A stretch of DNA of 59,932 nucleotides, the filler included. It is 4 parts of 4 records of this genome, joined end to end, with 100 filler letters (N's around TTAATTAATTAA, not from the genome) between each part and the next. Parts side by side here need not be neighbours in the genome. Positions count along the whole stretch, not along the records: positions 1 to 16,337 come from SRR31156797_5658; positions 16,438 to 32,857 come from SRR31156797_5660; 2 more parts are not named here. One strand, given 5' to 3'. The position numbers and the translations under genes are program-made. Each line of letters opens with the position of its first letter. Within the stretch, counting starts at the first letter, position 1. Of this stretch, positions 10,752 through 20,320 are shown in pieces. The notes under the pieces were generated by a model, which ran no database searches, had not been told where the DNA came from, and saw nothing but the letters and a program-made list of their open reading frames with translations.

Positions 10752-10790
10752 ACGGGCGTGAACTCTAGGGTTCGCGCCCGTCTTGTTTTT
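10752..10790 (+). terminator. Intrinsic terminator
   Basis: ACGGGCGTGAAC-TCTAGG-GTTCGCGCCCGT followed by a T-rich tail. Confidence 0.7.
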
Positions 10791-10888
10791 CTGTACTAGA
10801 TTAACCACCACTTCTGGTATAGATTCTATGCTCCAGATGACGTTTTAGGATTTCCTTCCTTTATTTATATATTATCCGAGGTTGAATT

Positions 10889-12892
10889 ATGCCGATATAC
10901 AAATCTATCTGCCCTTATGACTGTCCAACCACCTGCGGTCTTCTTGTCGAGAGTGACGGAGCACAAATCACTAAAGTTAAGGGTGATCCTGATGATCCCA
11001 TTTGCGGCGGGCTGATCTGTCGTAAGATGCAGCGCTATGAAAAGTCTATCCATTCCCCGGATCGTATTTTAACTCCCTTGAAGCGTGCGGGGAATAAGGG
11101 GGAAGGCTGTTTTGAAGCTATCTCATGGGACGAGGCAATTGAAACCATTACCGGAAAATGGAAGCAGTCTTTGGATGAATATGGGCCGGATTCAATTTTG
11201 CCTTTTTACTATTCCGGGGTCATGAGTCTTATTCAGCGCAATTGCGGCGATGCCCTGTTCAATAAAATGGGTGCCTGCCAACTGATCAAGACTCTTTGTT
11301 CTTCGGCTAAAGTTGCCGGATCTCAAGCTGTAATGGGCAATACAGGGGGGCTAGATCCTCGTGAGTTGGTGGACAGTGATTTGTATATTGTCTGGGGCTG
11401 CAACATGAAGGCTACCCGTTTGCAGAGCATGCCTGATCTGGTCAAAGGGCGGAAACAGGGGAAACGTGTTGTCCTTATCGAATCTTTTGCCGGGGAAATG
11501 GCCCGGCATTCTGATCAGGTGTTGCTGGTCAAACCCGGTACTGACGGAGCATTGGCGCTAAGTTTGATGCATGTGTTGGTCAAAGAAGATCTGGAAGATA
11601 CTGAATTTCTGCAAAGTGAAGCAGTCGGATATGCTGAATTCAAGGATTCTCTTGATAAGTATACCCCGGAGTGGGCCGAGTCGGTGTGCGGTGTTCCGTC
11701 ACAAGTTATTATTGAACTGGCCCGGGAATATGCAGCGGCTTCTGCTCCGGCAATTATTCTTGGCAGTGGCAATTCCCGTTATGGAAACGGCGGTATGACC
11801 GTTCGTCTGATCACCATTCTTTCTGCTTTTACCGGGGCATGGCAGCACCCGGGGGGCGGTCTTTGCGGTTGCAATCCCGGAATAAGGGAGTGCATTGACG
11901 CTACCCGTATCACGCGTCCTGATCTGCGTAGCCGTGAAGGACGCAATGTTAACATCAATCAGCTTGCCATGGCCCTGAAAGGCGAAGAAGGACAAACTCC
12001 GGTTCGCTGTCTGCATATTTATGGCAGCAATCCGGTCGGTTCGGTTTCCAATCAACTTGGCATAGAACAGGGATTGGCTGATCCGGAACTTTTCACTGTG
12101 GTTCACGAACGGTTTATGACCGATACAGCCAGTTATGCAGATATTATCCTTCCGGCCACATTTTCTGTGGAACAGTCCGATTGCTATAGCGCTTATGGTT
12201 ATTGTTCATTTGGTGCGGCATATAAGATTGTTCCTGCTGTCGGTGAGTGTAAGAGTAACTGGGATATATTTTGCCTTCTTGCAAAAGGTATGGGGTATAC
12301 TGACAGTCATTTCCAGCGCTCAGAAGAAGATTTGCTGTCGGAACTTCTCGATAATCCCAAGGCTGGGTTGCAGGACATAACTTCCGCTCAGCGCGAGATT
12401 TTGAAAACCGGAGGCATGATTTCCCTGCCTTTTGCCGATCACACGAGCTGGCAGACCCCGTCGGGGAAAATTGAGATCACTAATAAAGCATTGAAAGAAC
12501 CTATTCCGCATTATCAGGAATGCCATGGTGGTTCATATCCCCTGCGTTTGATAGCGGTGCCAAGTTCCGAGACCCTTAATTCTATATTCCTTGAGCGGGA
12601 TGAGCTGGTACAAAGTCGGGGATGCATGTTTTTGGACATCCATCCTGATGATGCCGCGGCCCGCTCCATATCGGACGGTGACAGCATTGTGGCCTATAAT
12701 GATCTGGGCGAGGTTGCATTTACTGCTCGGATTACTCCGCAGGTAGCCAAGGGGGCGGTAGCTGCGGCAGGAATATTCATGCGCCGACAATCGGGGAACG
12801 GGAATCTCGTCAATGCCCTGCATCACGAAAGACTTTCCGACATGGGCGAGGCAACAACCCTCAATGACAATACTGTTGAGGTCCGGATTTAA
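10889..12892 (+). CDS. Molybdopterin-dependent oxidoreductase, DMSO reductase family
   Basis: N-terminal CPYDCPTTC...C Fe-S motif, PGTDGALA, TDTASYADIILPA, IHPDDA. Confidence 0.92.
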   Translation: MPIYKSICPYDCPTTCGLLVESDGAQITKVKGDPDDPICGGLICRKMQRYEKSIHSPDRILTPLKRAGNKGEGCFEAISWDEAIETITGKWKQSLDEYGPDSILPFYYSGVMSLIQRNCGDALFNKMGACQLIKTLCSSAKVAGSQAVMGNTGGLDPRELVDSDLYIVWGCNMKATRLQSMPDLVKGRKQGKRVVLIESFAGEMARHSDQVLLVKPGTDGALALSLMHVLVKEDLEDTEFLQSEAVGYAEFKDSLDKYTPEWAESVCGVPSQVIIELAREYAAASAPAIILGSGNSRYGNGGMTVRLITILSAFTGAWQHPGGGLCGCNPGIRECIDATRITRPDLRSREGRNVNINQLAMALKGEEGQTPVRCLHIYGSNPVGSVSNQLGIEQGLADPELFTVVHERFMTDTASYADIILPATFSVEQSDCYSAYGYCSFGAAYKIVPAVGECKSNWDIFCLLAKGMGYTDSHFQRSEEDLLSELLDNPKAGLQDITSAQREILKTGGMISLPFADHTSWQTPSGKIEITNKALKEPIPHYQECHGGSYPLRLIAVPSSETLNSIFLERDELVQSRGCMFLDIHPDDAAARSISDGDSIVAYNDLGEVAFTARITPQVAKGAVAAAGIFMRRQSGNGNLVNALHHERLSDMGEATTLNDNTVEVRI

Positions 12893-12989
12893 TCCGGGCT
12901 TCTCAAGTTCTTTTACATTCTAGTTTACCTGTCTGTGCCAATATATTATGTTAAAATGACCTCAAATACCCTTTGAACTGGAGGCTCAT

Positions 12990-13967
12990 ATGAGGAAAAG
13001 TGTTTTTGGCGCAGTAGGGTTGCTGCTCCTATTTAGTATAGCAATTTATCTTCTTTTGCCGTTTAGAGCTGATAAAAAATCATACAGGGTTGGTGTTCTG
13101 CAGTTTACCAAAAACAATCTGTCCACATTGCAAGGATTTAAGGATGGGTTGAGGGAACTCGGTTATCATGAAGGTGAAAATATAGAGTTTGACTTCGCAG
13201 GACCGGTTCCTTCTAAGAAAGAACTTGGCAGTTACATGCATACGCTGCTTGAAAACAAACCTGATTTAATCTTCGCTTCTCCCACCCCCGCAGCGATAGT
13301 TGCAAAACAGATCACTCAAGGTACAGATATTCCGGTAATTTTTGCTCCGGTAAATGATCCTGTAGCTGCTGGAATTGTGAAAAACGAACGAGCTCCGGAA
13401 GGCAATGTTACCGGTGTTCGACTTTCCGCTAGTGACGGTCGCAGGCTTCAGTCTCTGAAAGATGTTGTGCCTACAGTGAATAAGGTTTTTATACCCTACA
13501 GCCTTGGAGACAAGAGTGCGGCAGCAAGTTTGAAAATGCTTGATGAGGCCGCACCCAAGGTTGGTGTTGTTTTGGTTAAAAAGCCTTTTTACCGGGAAAC
13601 CGACCTTCTTGCCGACAAAGAATATGTGCCTGCGGATGTGGATGCTGTCCTTTTGCCCAGGGAAGGATTGGTCATGTCGCGGATCAAAAATTTCGTTACC
13701 ATTTGTCTAGAACGGAAATTACCTCTATCCACACCTCGCTTCAAACAGGTGGAGGCCGGTGCCCTGACCGGATACGGATTCAACGGATATGAAATAGGTC
13801 GGCAGAGTGCGCGCATGGCACATATGCTCTTTTCTGGTGCTCCGATATCTTCGCTTCCCGTGGAAACTTCCGAAGATTACCTTTTCATTAACCTGAAAAC
13901 CGCTAAAGCTATCGACGTAGAGATCAGTGATACTATTTTGCGTCAGGCTAATAATATTGTCAGGTAG
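12990..13967 (+). CDS. ABC-type substrate-binding protein (ABC_sub_bind family)
   Basis: GFKDGLRELGY.EGENI, IPVIFAPVNDPVAAGIV, INLKTAKAI. Confidence 0.88.
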   Translation: MRKSVFGAVGLLLLFSIAIYLLLPFRADKKSYRVGVLQFTKNNLSTLQGFKDGLRELGYHEGENIEFDFAGPVPSKKELGSYMHTLLENKPDLIFASPTPAAIVAKQITQGTDIPVIFAPVNDPVAAGIVKNERAPEGNVTGVRLSASDGRRLQSLKDVVPTVNKVFIPYSLGDKSAAASLKMLDEAAPKVGVVLVKKPFYRETDLLADKEYVPADVDAVLLPREGLVMSRIKNFVTICLERKLPLSTPRFKQVEAGALTGYGFNGYEIGRQSARMAHMLFSGAPISSLPVETSEDYLFINLKTAKAIDVEISDTILRQANNIVR

Positions 13968-13978
13968 TTAGGGGTATA

Positions 13979-16216
13979 ATGCGATCACTTTATTCCATAC
14001 TTTTTCGGTCGTACATGGTGCTTGCGCTTGTTCCGCTTGTTCTGCTGGGCATTATGCTGACATTTTGGATTGCCAGTGGTCAGATTGATGCTTCCTTAAG
14101 ACAGGAGCAAGCAATGGCCAAGCATGTTGCCCATGATCTGAGGCAGCATTTTTCCGTGTTGGAAGACAAGCTTTTCAGTTTGAATAAATACAGGAATTTT
14201 GCGGCTCTTTCGGATCAGGAAATGCGTGATGTTGCACAGGAAATGATCGCCCGAAAGTCTTCCATATATTCCGTAATCATACTTGATGCGAAAGGGAGGA
14301 TTAAAACAAGAGTTTCATCGAATATGGTTTATGACGGAACAGAACCATTGGATTCAGTTGATTCGGAATTATTTAAAAAAATAATCAAAACCGGGCAGGT
14401 TCACTACGGACCTGTGCATGAGGATCCTAAGTTTCGAGAGTCGTTGATGTTGGTGGGGGTACCGCTCAAGGAAAGAACAACAGGTCGGCTGGATATAATT
14501 CTTCTCGCTGAATTCAGGCTTGATGTTGTCTGGAAAAATGTTGTGGATCAGAACTATCAGGATGGTGAAAATGTCTTTCTCGTGGCTGAGGATGGAGAGG
14601 TTTTGGCTCACCCCAATCCATCGTTTGTGCTCGCGAAGAGGAGGTTTTCTTCAATTGATGGGGACAGGATAAGAAAAAATTTTGATGAAAAGTGGGTCAT
14701 TGGAACTAGTGCTGATTTAAAATTAGGAGAACTCACATATAAGATCGTGGCTGAGCGGGATGTTGAAACAGCTTTGGTGCCTGCAATCCGTTCTGCAGGG
14801 GTTGCATTGCTCGCAACTTTTCTTACCGCAGTCTTAGTCTTGGTCGCCACAGTTCGAAATGTTCGGAGAATTACTAATCCAGTTAAGCTTTTGACTGAGG
14901 CCGCGCTTAACATCAGAGAAAAAGGTTTTTATCCCGGAGTGTCAGTCAGTGGGGTTAAGGAAATCAATGAGTTGTCGCTGGCTTTTGATTCCATGACTCG
15001 CAACCTGCAACGCATGCTTGAAGAGTTGGAGCATGAGGTGCAGATCAGGAAAGATTCTGAAGAGGCTCTTTTGCTTAGTGAAGAACGTTTTCGGGCGCTT
15101 CATAATGCTTCCTTTGGCGGGATAGCCATCCATGAGCAGGGTAGGATTCTGGACTGCAATCAGGGCTTGGCTGAAATTTCTGGATTTGATGTAGATGAGC
15201 TTGTGGGTATGGATATTTTACAGTTGATATCTGATACATCCCGTAACATCGTTCAGAGCAATATTCGCAATGAAGTTGAGAATGCTTATGAGGCCAAATC
15301 CATACGCAAGGATGGTGTAGAGTATCCGGCACGACTTGAATCCAGAAATATTCCTTATAAGGGACGTATCGTTCAGGTTCTTGAATTCAGGGATATGACC
15401 AGCCAGAAAAGGGCTGAGGAATTCATTATCCAGAATGAGAAGATGATGTCTCTTGGCGGGCTTGCCGCAGGTATGGCCCATGAGATCAATAACCCGTTGG
15501 CTGCTATTGTCGGATCCTGCCAGAATTTGCGGAACAGGTTGCTCAGGGAAAATCCCAAGAATGTGAAAGCTGCTGAAGAGTGCGGCACTTCCTTTGATCG
15601 CATCGTCAGCTACGTTCAGACTCGTGATTGTGATAACATGGTGGAGTCCATCTATGAATCAGGGAAGCGGGCGGCAGATATTGTTAAAGATATGCTCAGT
15701 TTCAGCCGCCGAAATGAGAAGTCGTTGGTTAGTAACAAGATTACGGATTTAATGGACAATACCATCAAGCTGGTTAGCAATGATTATGATCTCAAGAGGA
15801 ATTATGATTTCAAGAAGATAGATATCGTAAAAGAATATGCTGACACCAATGGTAGTGTGATCTGTTTTAGCAATCAGATTCAGCAGGTGTTTTTTAATCT
15901 GCTTAAGAATGCTGCCCATGCCATGTCTGATAAAGAGTACGTTGACGATGTGCCTAGGATGATTGTTAGAAATTACATCAGGGACAATATGAGTGTGATT
16001 GAGGTGGAGGACAATGGTCCGGGTTTGGCTGAGGAAACGCGTAAGAAAGTTTTTGAACCGTTTTTTTCCACAAAAGGACCCGGTAAAGGGACTGGGCTTG
16101 GTTTATCGGTGTCATATTTTATTATTGTCAAGCAGCATTGCGGCTCCATGGAAGTATTCTCGGAACCTGGAGAATGGACCCGTTTTGTGATCAGTATTCC
16201 CATTAAAGGCCCCTAA
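13979..16216 (+). CDS. Sensor histidine kinase (Cache, HAMP, PAS)
   Basis: H-box AGMAHEINNPL, N-box NLLKNAAHA, DNGPG, FEPFFSTK, GTGLGL. Confidence 0.95.
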   Translation: MRSLYSILFRSYMVLALVPLVLLGIMLTFWIASGQIDASLRQEQAMAKHVAHDLRQHFSVLEDKLFSLNKYRNFAALSDQEMRDVAQEMIARKSSIYSVIILDAKGRIKTRVSSNMVYDGTEPLDSVDSELFKKIIKTGQVHYGPVHEDPKFRESLMLVGVPLKERTTGRLDIILLAEFRLDVVWKNVVDQNYQDGENVFLVAEDGEVLAHPNPSFVLAKRRFSSIDGDRIRKNFDEKWVIGTSADLKLGELTYKIVAERDVETALVPAIRSAGVALLATFLTAVLVLVATVRNVRRITNPVKLLTEAALNIREKGFYPGVSVSGVKEINELSLAFDSMTRNLQRMLEELEHEVQIRKDSEEALLLSEERFRALHNASFGGIAIHEQGRILDCNQGLAEISGFDVDELVGMDILQLISDTSRNIVQSNIRNEVENAYEAKSIRKDGVEYPARLESRNIPYKGRIVQVLEFRDMTSQKRAEEFIIQNEKMMSLGGLAAGMAHEINNPLAAIVGSCQNLRNRLLRENPKNVKAAEECGTSFDRIVSYVQTRDCDNMVESIYESGKRAADIVKDMLSFSRRNEKSLVSNKITDLMDNTIKLVSNDYDLKRNYDFKKIDIVKEYADTNGSVICFSNQIQQVFFNLLKNAAHAMSDKEYVDDVPRMIVRNYIRDNMSVIEVEDNGPGLAEETRKKVFEPFFSTKGPGKGTGLGLSVSYFIIVKQHCGSMEVFSEPGEWTRFVISIPIKGP

Positions 16217-16273
16217 AGAGTTGATGGGGCGGGTATCTCTTGATGTTTTTTGTACTAAATTAGGAAAAGAGTG

Positions 16274-16302
16274 TTGACAGCCGGGGCTGTATTCTATAAA
16301 CA
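16274..16302 (+). promoter_or_regulatory. Sigma70-type promoter of tRNA gene
   Basis: TTGACA at 16274-16279 with TATAAA/TAAACA -10 candidates just upstream of the tRNA start. Confidence 0.55.
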
Positions 16303-16322
16303 CTTCTTCACCCAACACGAGT

Positions 16323-16337
16323 GGGGCTGTAGCTCAG
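16323..16337 (+). tRNA. 5' fragment of a tRNA, probably tRNA-Ala, truncated by contig end
   Basis: GGGGCTGTAGCTCAG is the typical tRNA-Ala acceptor/D-stem start; anticodon not visible. Confidence 0.65.
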
Positions 16338-16437
16338 NNNNNNNNNNNNNNNNNNNNNNNNNNNNNNNNNNNNNNNNNNNNTTAATTAATTAANNNNNNN
16401 NNNNNNNNNNNNNNNNNNNNNNNNNNNNNNNNNNNNN
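16338..16437. other. Artificial contig linker
   Basis: N run with central TTAATTAATTAA (stop codons in all frames). Confidence 0.98.
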
Positions 16438-16618
16438 CGTGAAAGAGACGGTGGAGTATATGGTCAGGGAAAAGGGCTACAGGGGACTCCTCTCCATCGA
16501 GCCGCACATGGTCTTTCAGTTTCACAAGGGCCCCGCTCCCGCCGACGCGGACCGGCGGAAGGCGGATAACTATCTGGAGTACGGCCGCAGGGCCATGGCT
16601 CTTCTGGGAGGGCTCTGA
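16438..16618 (+). CDS. 3' part of sugar phosphate isomerase/epimerase (TIM barrel), partial
   Basis: Manual translation VKETVEYMVREKGYRGLLSIEPH...; TGA ends at 16618, 2 nt before the next gene. Confidence 0.7.
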
Positions 16619-16620
16619 TC

Positions 16621-17634
16621 ATGGCAGCGGGATTCGGAATAATCGGAACCGGGGCGGTGGCCCATCTACACGCCCAGGCCGTTTCGGCGCTGAAGGGTGC
16701 CGAGCTGGTAGGGGTATACGGGAATCTCCCGGATTCCTGCAGAGATTTCGCCGCCCGATACGGCTGCAGGGCCTACGGCTCGGCTGAAGAGATGAGGGAT
16801 GATCCCGGGGTGGAGTTTGTCTGCATCTGCACGCCCTCGGGGAGCCATCTGGAACCGGCTCTGATGATGGCGGAAGGGAAGAAGAATCTGATCATCGAAA
16901 AGCCCCTGGAGGTGACCCCTGAGCGCTGCGACAGGATTATCGAGGCCTGCGACAGGGAGGGCGTTCTCCTCTCCGGCGTCTTTCAAACCCGGTTCCATCC
17001 GGTTCTGGGAGAGCTGAAGAAGGCGCTGGAAAAGGGGCTGTTCGGTACCGTCTCGCTCTGTTCCGGCTATGTGAAGTGGTTCCGGGAACAGGAGTATTAC
17101 GATGCCAGCGACTGGCGGGGGACATGGGCCCTGGACGGGGGAGGATCCCTGATGAACCAGTCCATCCATGTGGTGGACCTCCTGCTCTGGCTGATGGGGC
17201 CGGTGAAGGAGCTCAAGGCCTTCGGGGGGACCCTGTCCCATCGGAACATCGAGGTGGAGGACACCCTGACGGGGATACTGCGCTTCGATAACGGGGCCCT
17301 GGGCACCATCGAATCCACAACCGGCGCCTGGCCCGGAAGCTTCAAGAAGGTGGAGATCTGCGGAGACCGGGGCCATGTTATCATAGAGGAAGACCGCATA
17401 GTTCGATGGGAGTTCGCAGACCGAACTCCCGAACCCGAATCCCCGGAAGAAGGAGATGAGGGAGGAGGTGTTAAAGATCCCATGGATATAGGTTATGCTG
17501 CCCATATGAAACAGATTGAAGATTGTATCCGGGCCGCCGGGGAAGGGCGTGAGCCCGAGGTCGGCGGACGGGAAGCGAAAAGGGCGGTGCAGCTGGTTAT
17601 GGATCTCTACAGGGCAGCGGGGCTCAGGCCTTGA
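16621..17634 (+). CDS. Gfo/Idh/MocA family oxidoreductase
   Basis: GIIGTG, ICTPSGSH, EKP, WRGTWALDGGGSLMNQSIH. Confidence 0.93.
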   Translation: MAAGFGIIGTGAVAHLHAQAVSALKGAELVGVYGNLPDSCRDFAARYGCRAYGSAEEMRDDPGVEFVCICTPSGSHLEPALMMAEGKKNLIIEKPLEVTPERCDRIIEACDREGVLLSGVFQTRFHPVLGELKKALEKGLFGTVSLCSGYVKWFREQEYYDASDWRGTWALDGGGSLMNQSIHVVDLLLWLMGPVKELKAFGGTLSHRNIEVEDTLTGILRFDNGALGTIESTTGAWPGSFKKVEICGDRGHVIIEEDRIVRWEFADRTPEPESPEEGDEGGGVKDPMDIGYAAHMKQIEDCIRAAGEGREPEVGGREAKRAVQLVMDLYRAAGLRP

Positions 17635-18623
17635 TCAAGATTACCGATGTGGCCCGGGAGGCGGGGGTGTCTCCGTCGACGGTCAGCCACGTCCTCAACG
17701 GCAACCGCCCCATCAGTCAGAAGACGCGGGAGCGCGTCCTCGAGGTCATCGACCGCCTGGGGTATCAGCCCAACACCAACGCCAGGGCCCTGAAGAGCAA
17801 ACACAGCGGTATCATCGGTTTCTTCGCGTCCGACATCACCGAGCTTTTCATGACCAAGATCATCCGCGGCGTGGAGAAGGTGACAAGGGAGATGGGGCAG
17901 CATCTGCTGTTCGCAAGCGGAGTGGAGTTCGACTATGATCTACACAAGGCCCTGCTCTTCCTGCAGCGGAGGAACATAGACGGCATCATCGTCTCCTACG
18001 AGATCACCCAGAAGTTTGAGTCCATTGACCTGAAGGGAATCAAACTGCCGGTCGTCACCATCAACAGGACCCTCTCCGACGGCGTCCCCTCGGTTCTGCC
18101 GGATAACTTCGACGGCGGAAGGACCGCGGCCCGCCATCTCGTCGCCCGGGGCGTCAGGTTTCCCGCCGCCATCGGAGGGCCGAAGGACAGGCTGGCCAGC
18201 GTCGAAAGGCTGGAGGGCTTCCTTCAGGGTCTTGAAGAGTCGGGGATAAAACGCGACCGCGTTCCCGTCCGTTTCGGCCCCTTCAGTTTCGATTCGGGTT
18301 TCGCTCTGGTCAGGGAGATCCTGGACTCCTGTCCCGATGTGGACGGCCTGTTCTGCGGAAACGACTATATCGCGGCAGGAGCCATCGACTGCGCCAGGAG
18401 AAGGAAGATCGACATACCCGAAAGGCTGAAGGTCGTGGGCTTTGACGACAGGGATTTCGCCGCCTTCTGGCCGACTCCGATTTCCACCTTTTCACAGCCC
18501 CTGGAAGAGATGGGGGAGAGCAGCGCGAGGCTGCTCCTGGATCTGATCAGAGAGAAGAAAAAGCCAGAAGAGCGCTTGCTGATGAAGAGCAGTCTGATCG
18601 TCCGCCGTTCCTCAGGTGGATGA
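17631..18623 (+). CDS. LacI family transcriptional regulator
   Basis: ITDVAREAGVSPSTVSHVLN, YQPNTNARAL, VVGFDD. Confidence 0.95.
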   Translation: MIKITDVAREAGVSPSTVSHVLNGNRPISQKTRERVLEVIDRLGYQPNTNARALKSKHSGIIGFFASDITELFMTKIIRGVEKVTREMGQHLLFASGVEFDYDLHKALLFLQRRNIDGIIVSYEITQKFESIDLKGIKLPVVTINRTLSDGVPSVLPDNFDGGRTAARHLVARGVRFPAAIGGPKDRLASVERLEGFLQGLEESGIKRDRVPVRFGPFSFDSGFALVREILDSCPDVDGLFCGNDYIAAGAIDCARRRKIDIPERLKVVGFDDRDFAAFWPTPISTFSQPLEEMGESSARLLLDLIREKKKPEERLLMKSSLIVRRSSGG

Positions 18624-18968
18624 ACAACGGGGACATAACTTCCTCTGCCAGGTGCAGAGATTCCATTGTCTTCTGGCCATGATTTTGAATGAGTCAGCCG
18701 TCTTTCAGGACTGGCCTCTCTCCTGTTTTCTGGCATGAGCTGAGGATGTATCGTAACTGTCAGTGCATTTTCCGGCGATAGTGATATACAGGCCGAAAAG
18801 AACGGAGATCTCGCCGTTTGGACCAGACTTATGGCCAGATCTCTGATCTTGTGGGAATAATGTGGTCGTCTCGGAATATGGCTGTGATAGCAAGTGTTGC
18901 GCTTCACCTGGAGTTCATTTGCGTGAACTCTGGAATGCGATGATTCCTCCGGAGGAACTCTGGCTGAC

Positions 18969-19032
18969 GTAAAAAAAGTGTACATTTTTGTAAAAATAAT
19001 CAATTTTTACACAATACCGATGATGATAAGAT
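18969..19032 (+). promoter_or_regulatory. 21-bp-spaced direct repeat (GTAAAAA) upstream of a -10-like TAAGAT
   Basis: GTAAAAAAA at 18969 and GTAAAAATA at 18990; same arrangement at 28376/28397. Confidence 0.6.
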
Positions 19033-19060
19033 CTTAAAAAATCAATCATCGGAGATCCCA

Positions 19061-20320
19061 ATGTATTTAAAAAACACGATTCGAAATAACCCTCTTCTTC
19101 TGGAAGCAATGGTAGAGCTGCATCAGCGCGGGCATATTCCACCCAACTCCTGGGTTATTGATCTCGATACAATTGCGGATAATGCCGACATTCTGGCAGA
19201 AACGGCAAGAAAACTGAATCTACAGACTTATCTGATGTCGAAACAGCATAATAGAAATCCCTACATCAACAAACTCGCCCTTTCCCGCGGGCTGAACAAG
19301 ATGGTAGCCGTCGACATCCAGGGCGTGCTGTCTGCCCGCAGGTACGGACTACCCCTCGGCCATGCGGGGCATCTGAATCAGATACCGAAGAGTTTTGTCC
19401 CGGCTGTTGTTGAGATGCGGCCCGATGTGATAACCGTCTATAACAAAGAACACGCGGAATGGATTGACCTGGCGGCTGGAGACAGGGGAGTCGTTCAGAA
19501 TCTGCTGATAAAGGTTTTTTCTACGAATGAAGCGTGCTTCGACGGTCAGGAAAGCGGTCTTTATATAGAGGAATTGGCCGCTTTTCTCGATTCAATCGCC
19601 AGTCTCAGGAATATCAGGCTGGTCGGCGTAACAGCCTTCCCTTGCCTGAGCTATAATGAAACAGCAGAAGACAGAGTCGAGCTGACGGAAAACATGAATG
19701 CCGTCACGGAAGCGGCAGAGCTTCTCAGCCGGCGGGGCATAGAAATTCAACAGATCAACACCCCCGGAAACACCTCAAGCCGCGTAATGCCTCTTTTGAA
19801 AGAGAGGGGCGCCACTCATGTCGAACCCGGGAATGCCCTGCTGGGAACCACCCCGGATAACGCCTTTGATCCCGGCTGCGCCGAAAAGACCGCTTTCGGA
19901 TATATCACGGAGATTTCCCATTTTCACGATGGCAGCGCCTTCGCCTACGGCGGAGGCGTCTACCATACAAACTACAGTGATGAGATTTACGGACTTGTCG
20001 GATCAAGCTGGGATGAGGCCGCAGAGAACAGGATTCTCTATGATCATAGTATCGTACAGGATATCGATTACCACATGCAGCTCAGGCCGCATAAGGAACA
20101 GAGATGCAGGGTGGGAGACAGCGCCGTCTTCGTATACAGGACTCAAATGCATATGACGCGCTCATGGATCGTACCGGTATCAGGATTATCCGGAAAAAGA
20201 GAGCTGAAACTCCACTACATCTTTGACAACGCGAACAATGCGCTGGATAACAATTTTAATCCTGTCAGCCCGGAGGCCGTCTGCGAAGACATCGACAGGA
20301 TGATAAGGGAATATTCCTGA
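19061..20320 (+). CDS. YhfX-like PLP-dependent alanine-racemase-fold protein
   Basis: YLMSKQHNRNP (Lys candidate), GHAGHLNQIP, GVTAFPC, THVEPGNALLGTTP, AYGGG, FVYRTQ. Confidence 0.8.
   Translation: MYLKNTIRNNPLLLEAMVELHQRGHIPPNSWVIDLDTIADNADILAETARKLNLQTYLMSKQHNRNPYINKLALSRGLNKMVAVDIQGVLSARRYGLPLGHAGHLNQIPKSFVPAVVEMRPDVITVYNKEHAEWIDLAAGDRGVVQNLLIKVFSTNEACFDGQESGLYIEELAAFLDSIASLRNIRLVGVTAFPCLSYNETAEDRVELTENMNAVTEAAELLSRRGIEIQQINTPGNTSSRVMPLLKERGATHVEPGNALLGTTPDNAFDPGCAEKTAFGYITEISHFHDGSAFAYGGGVYHTNYSDEIYGLVGSSWDEAAENRILYDHSIVQDIDYHMQLRPHKEQRCRVGDSAVFVYRTQMHMTRSWIVPVSGLSGKRELKLHYIFDNANNALDNNFNPVSPEAVCEDIDRMIREYS

Noticed and set aside
18365-19003. 212-aa minus-strand ORF
   Set aside because: Overlaps the lacI 3' end and the promoter repeats; no recognisable motif
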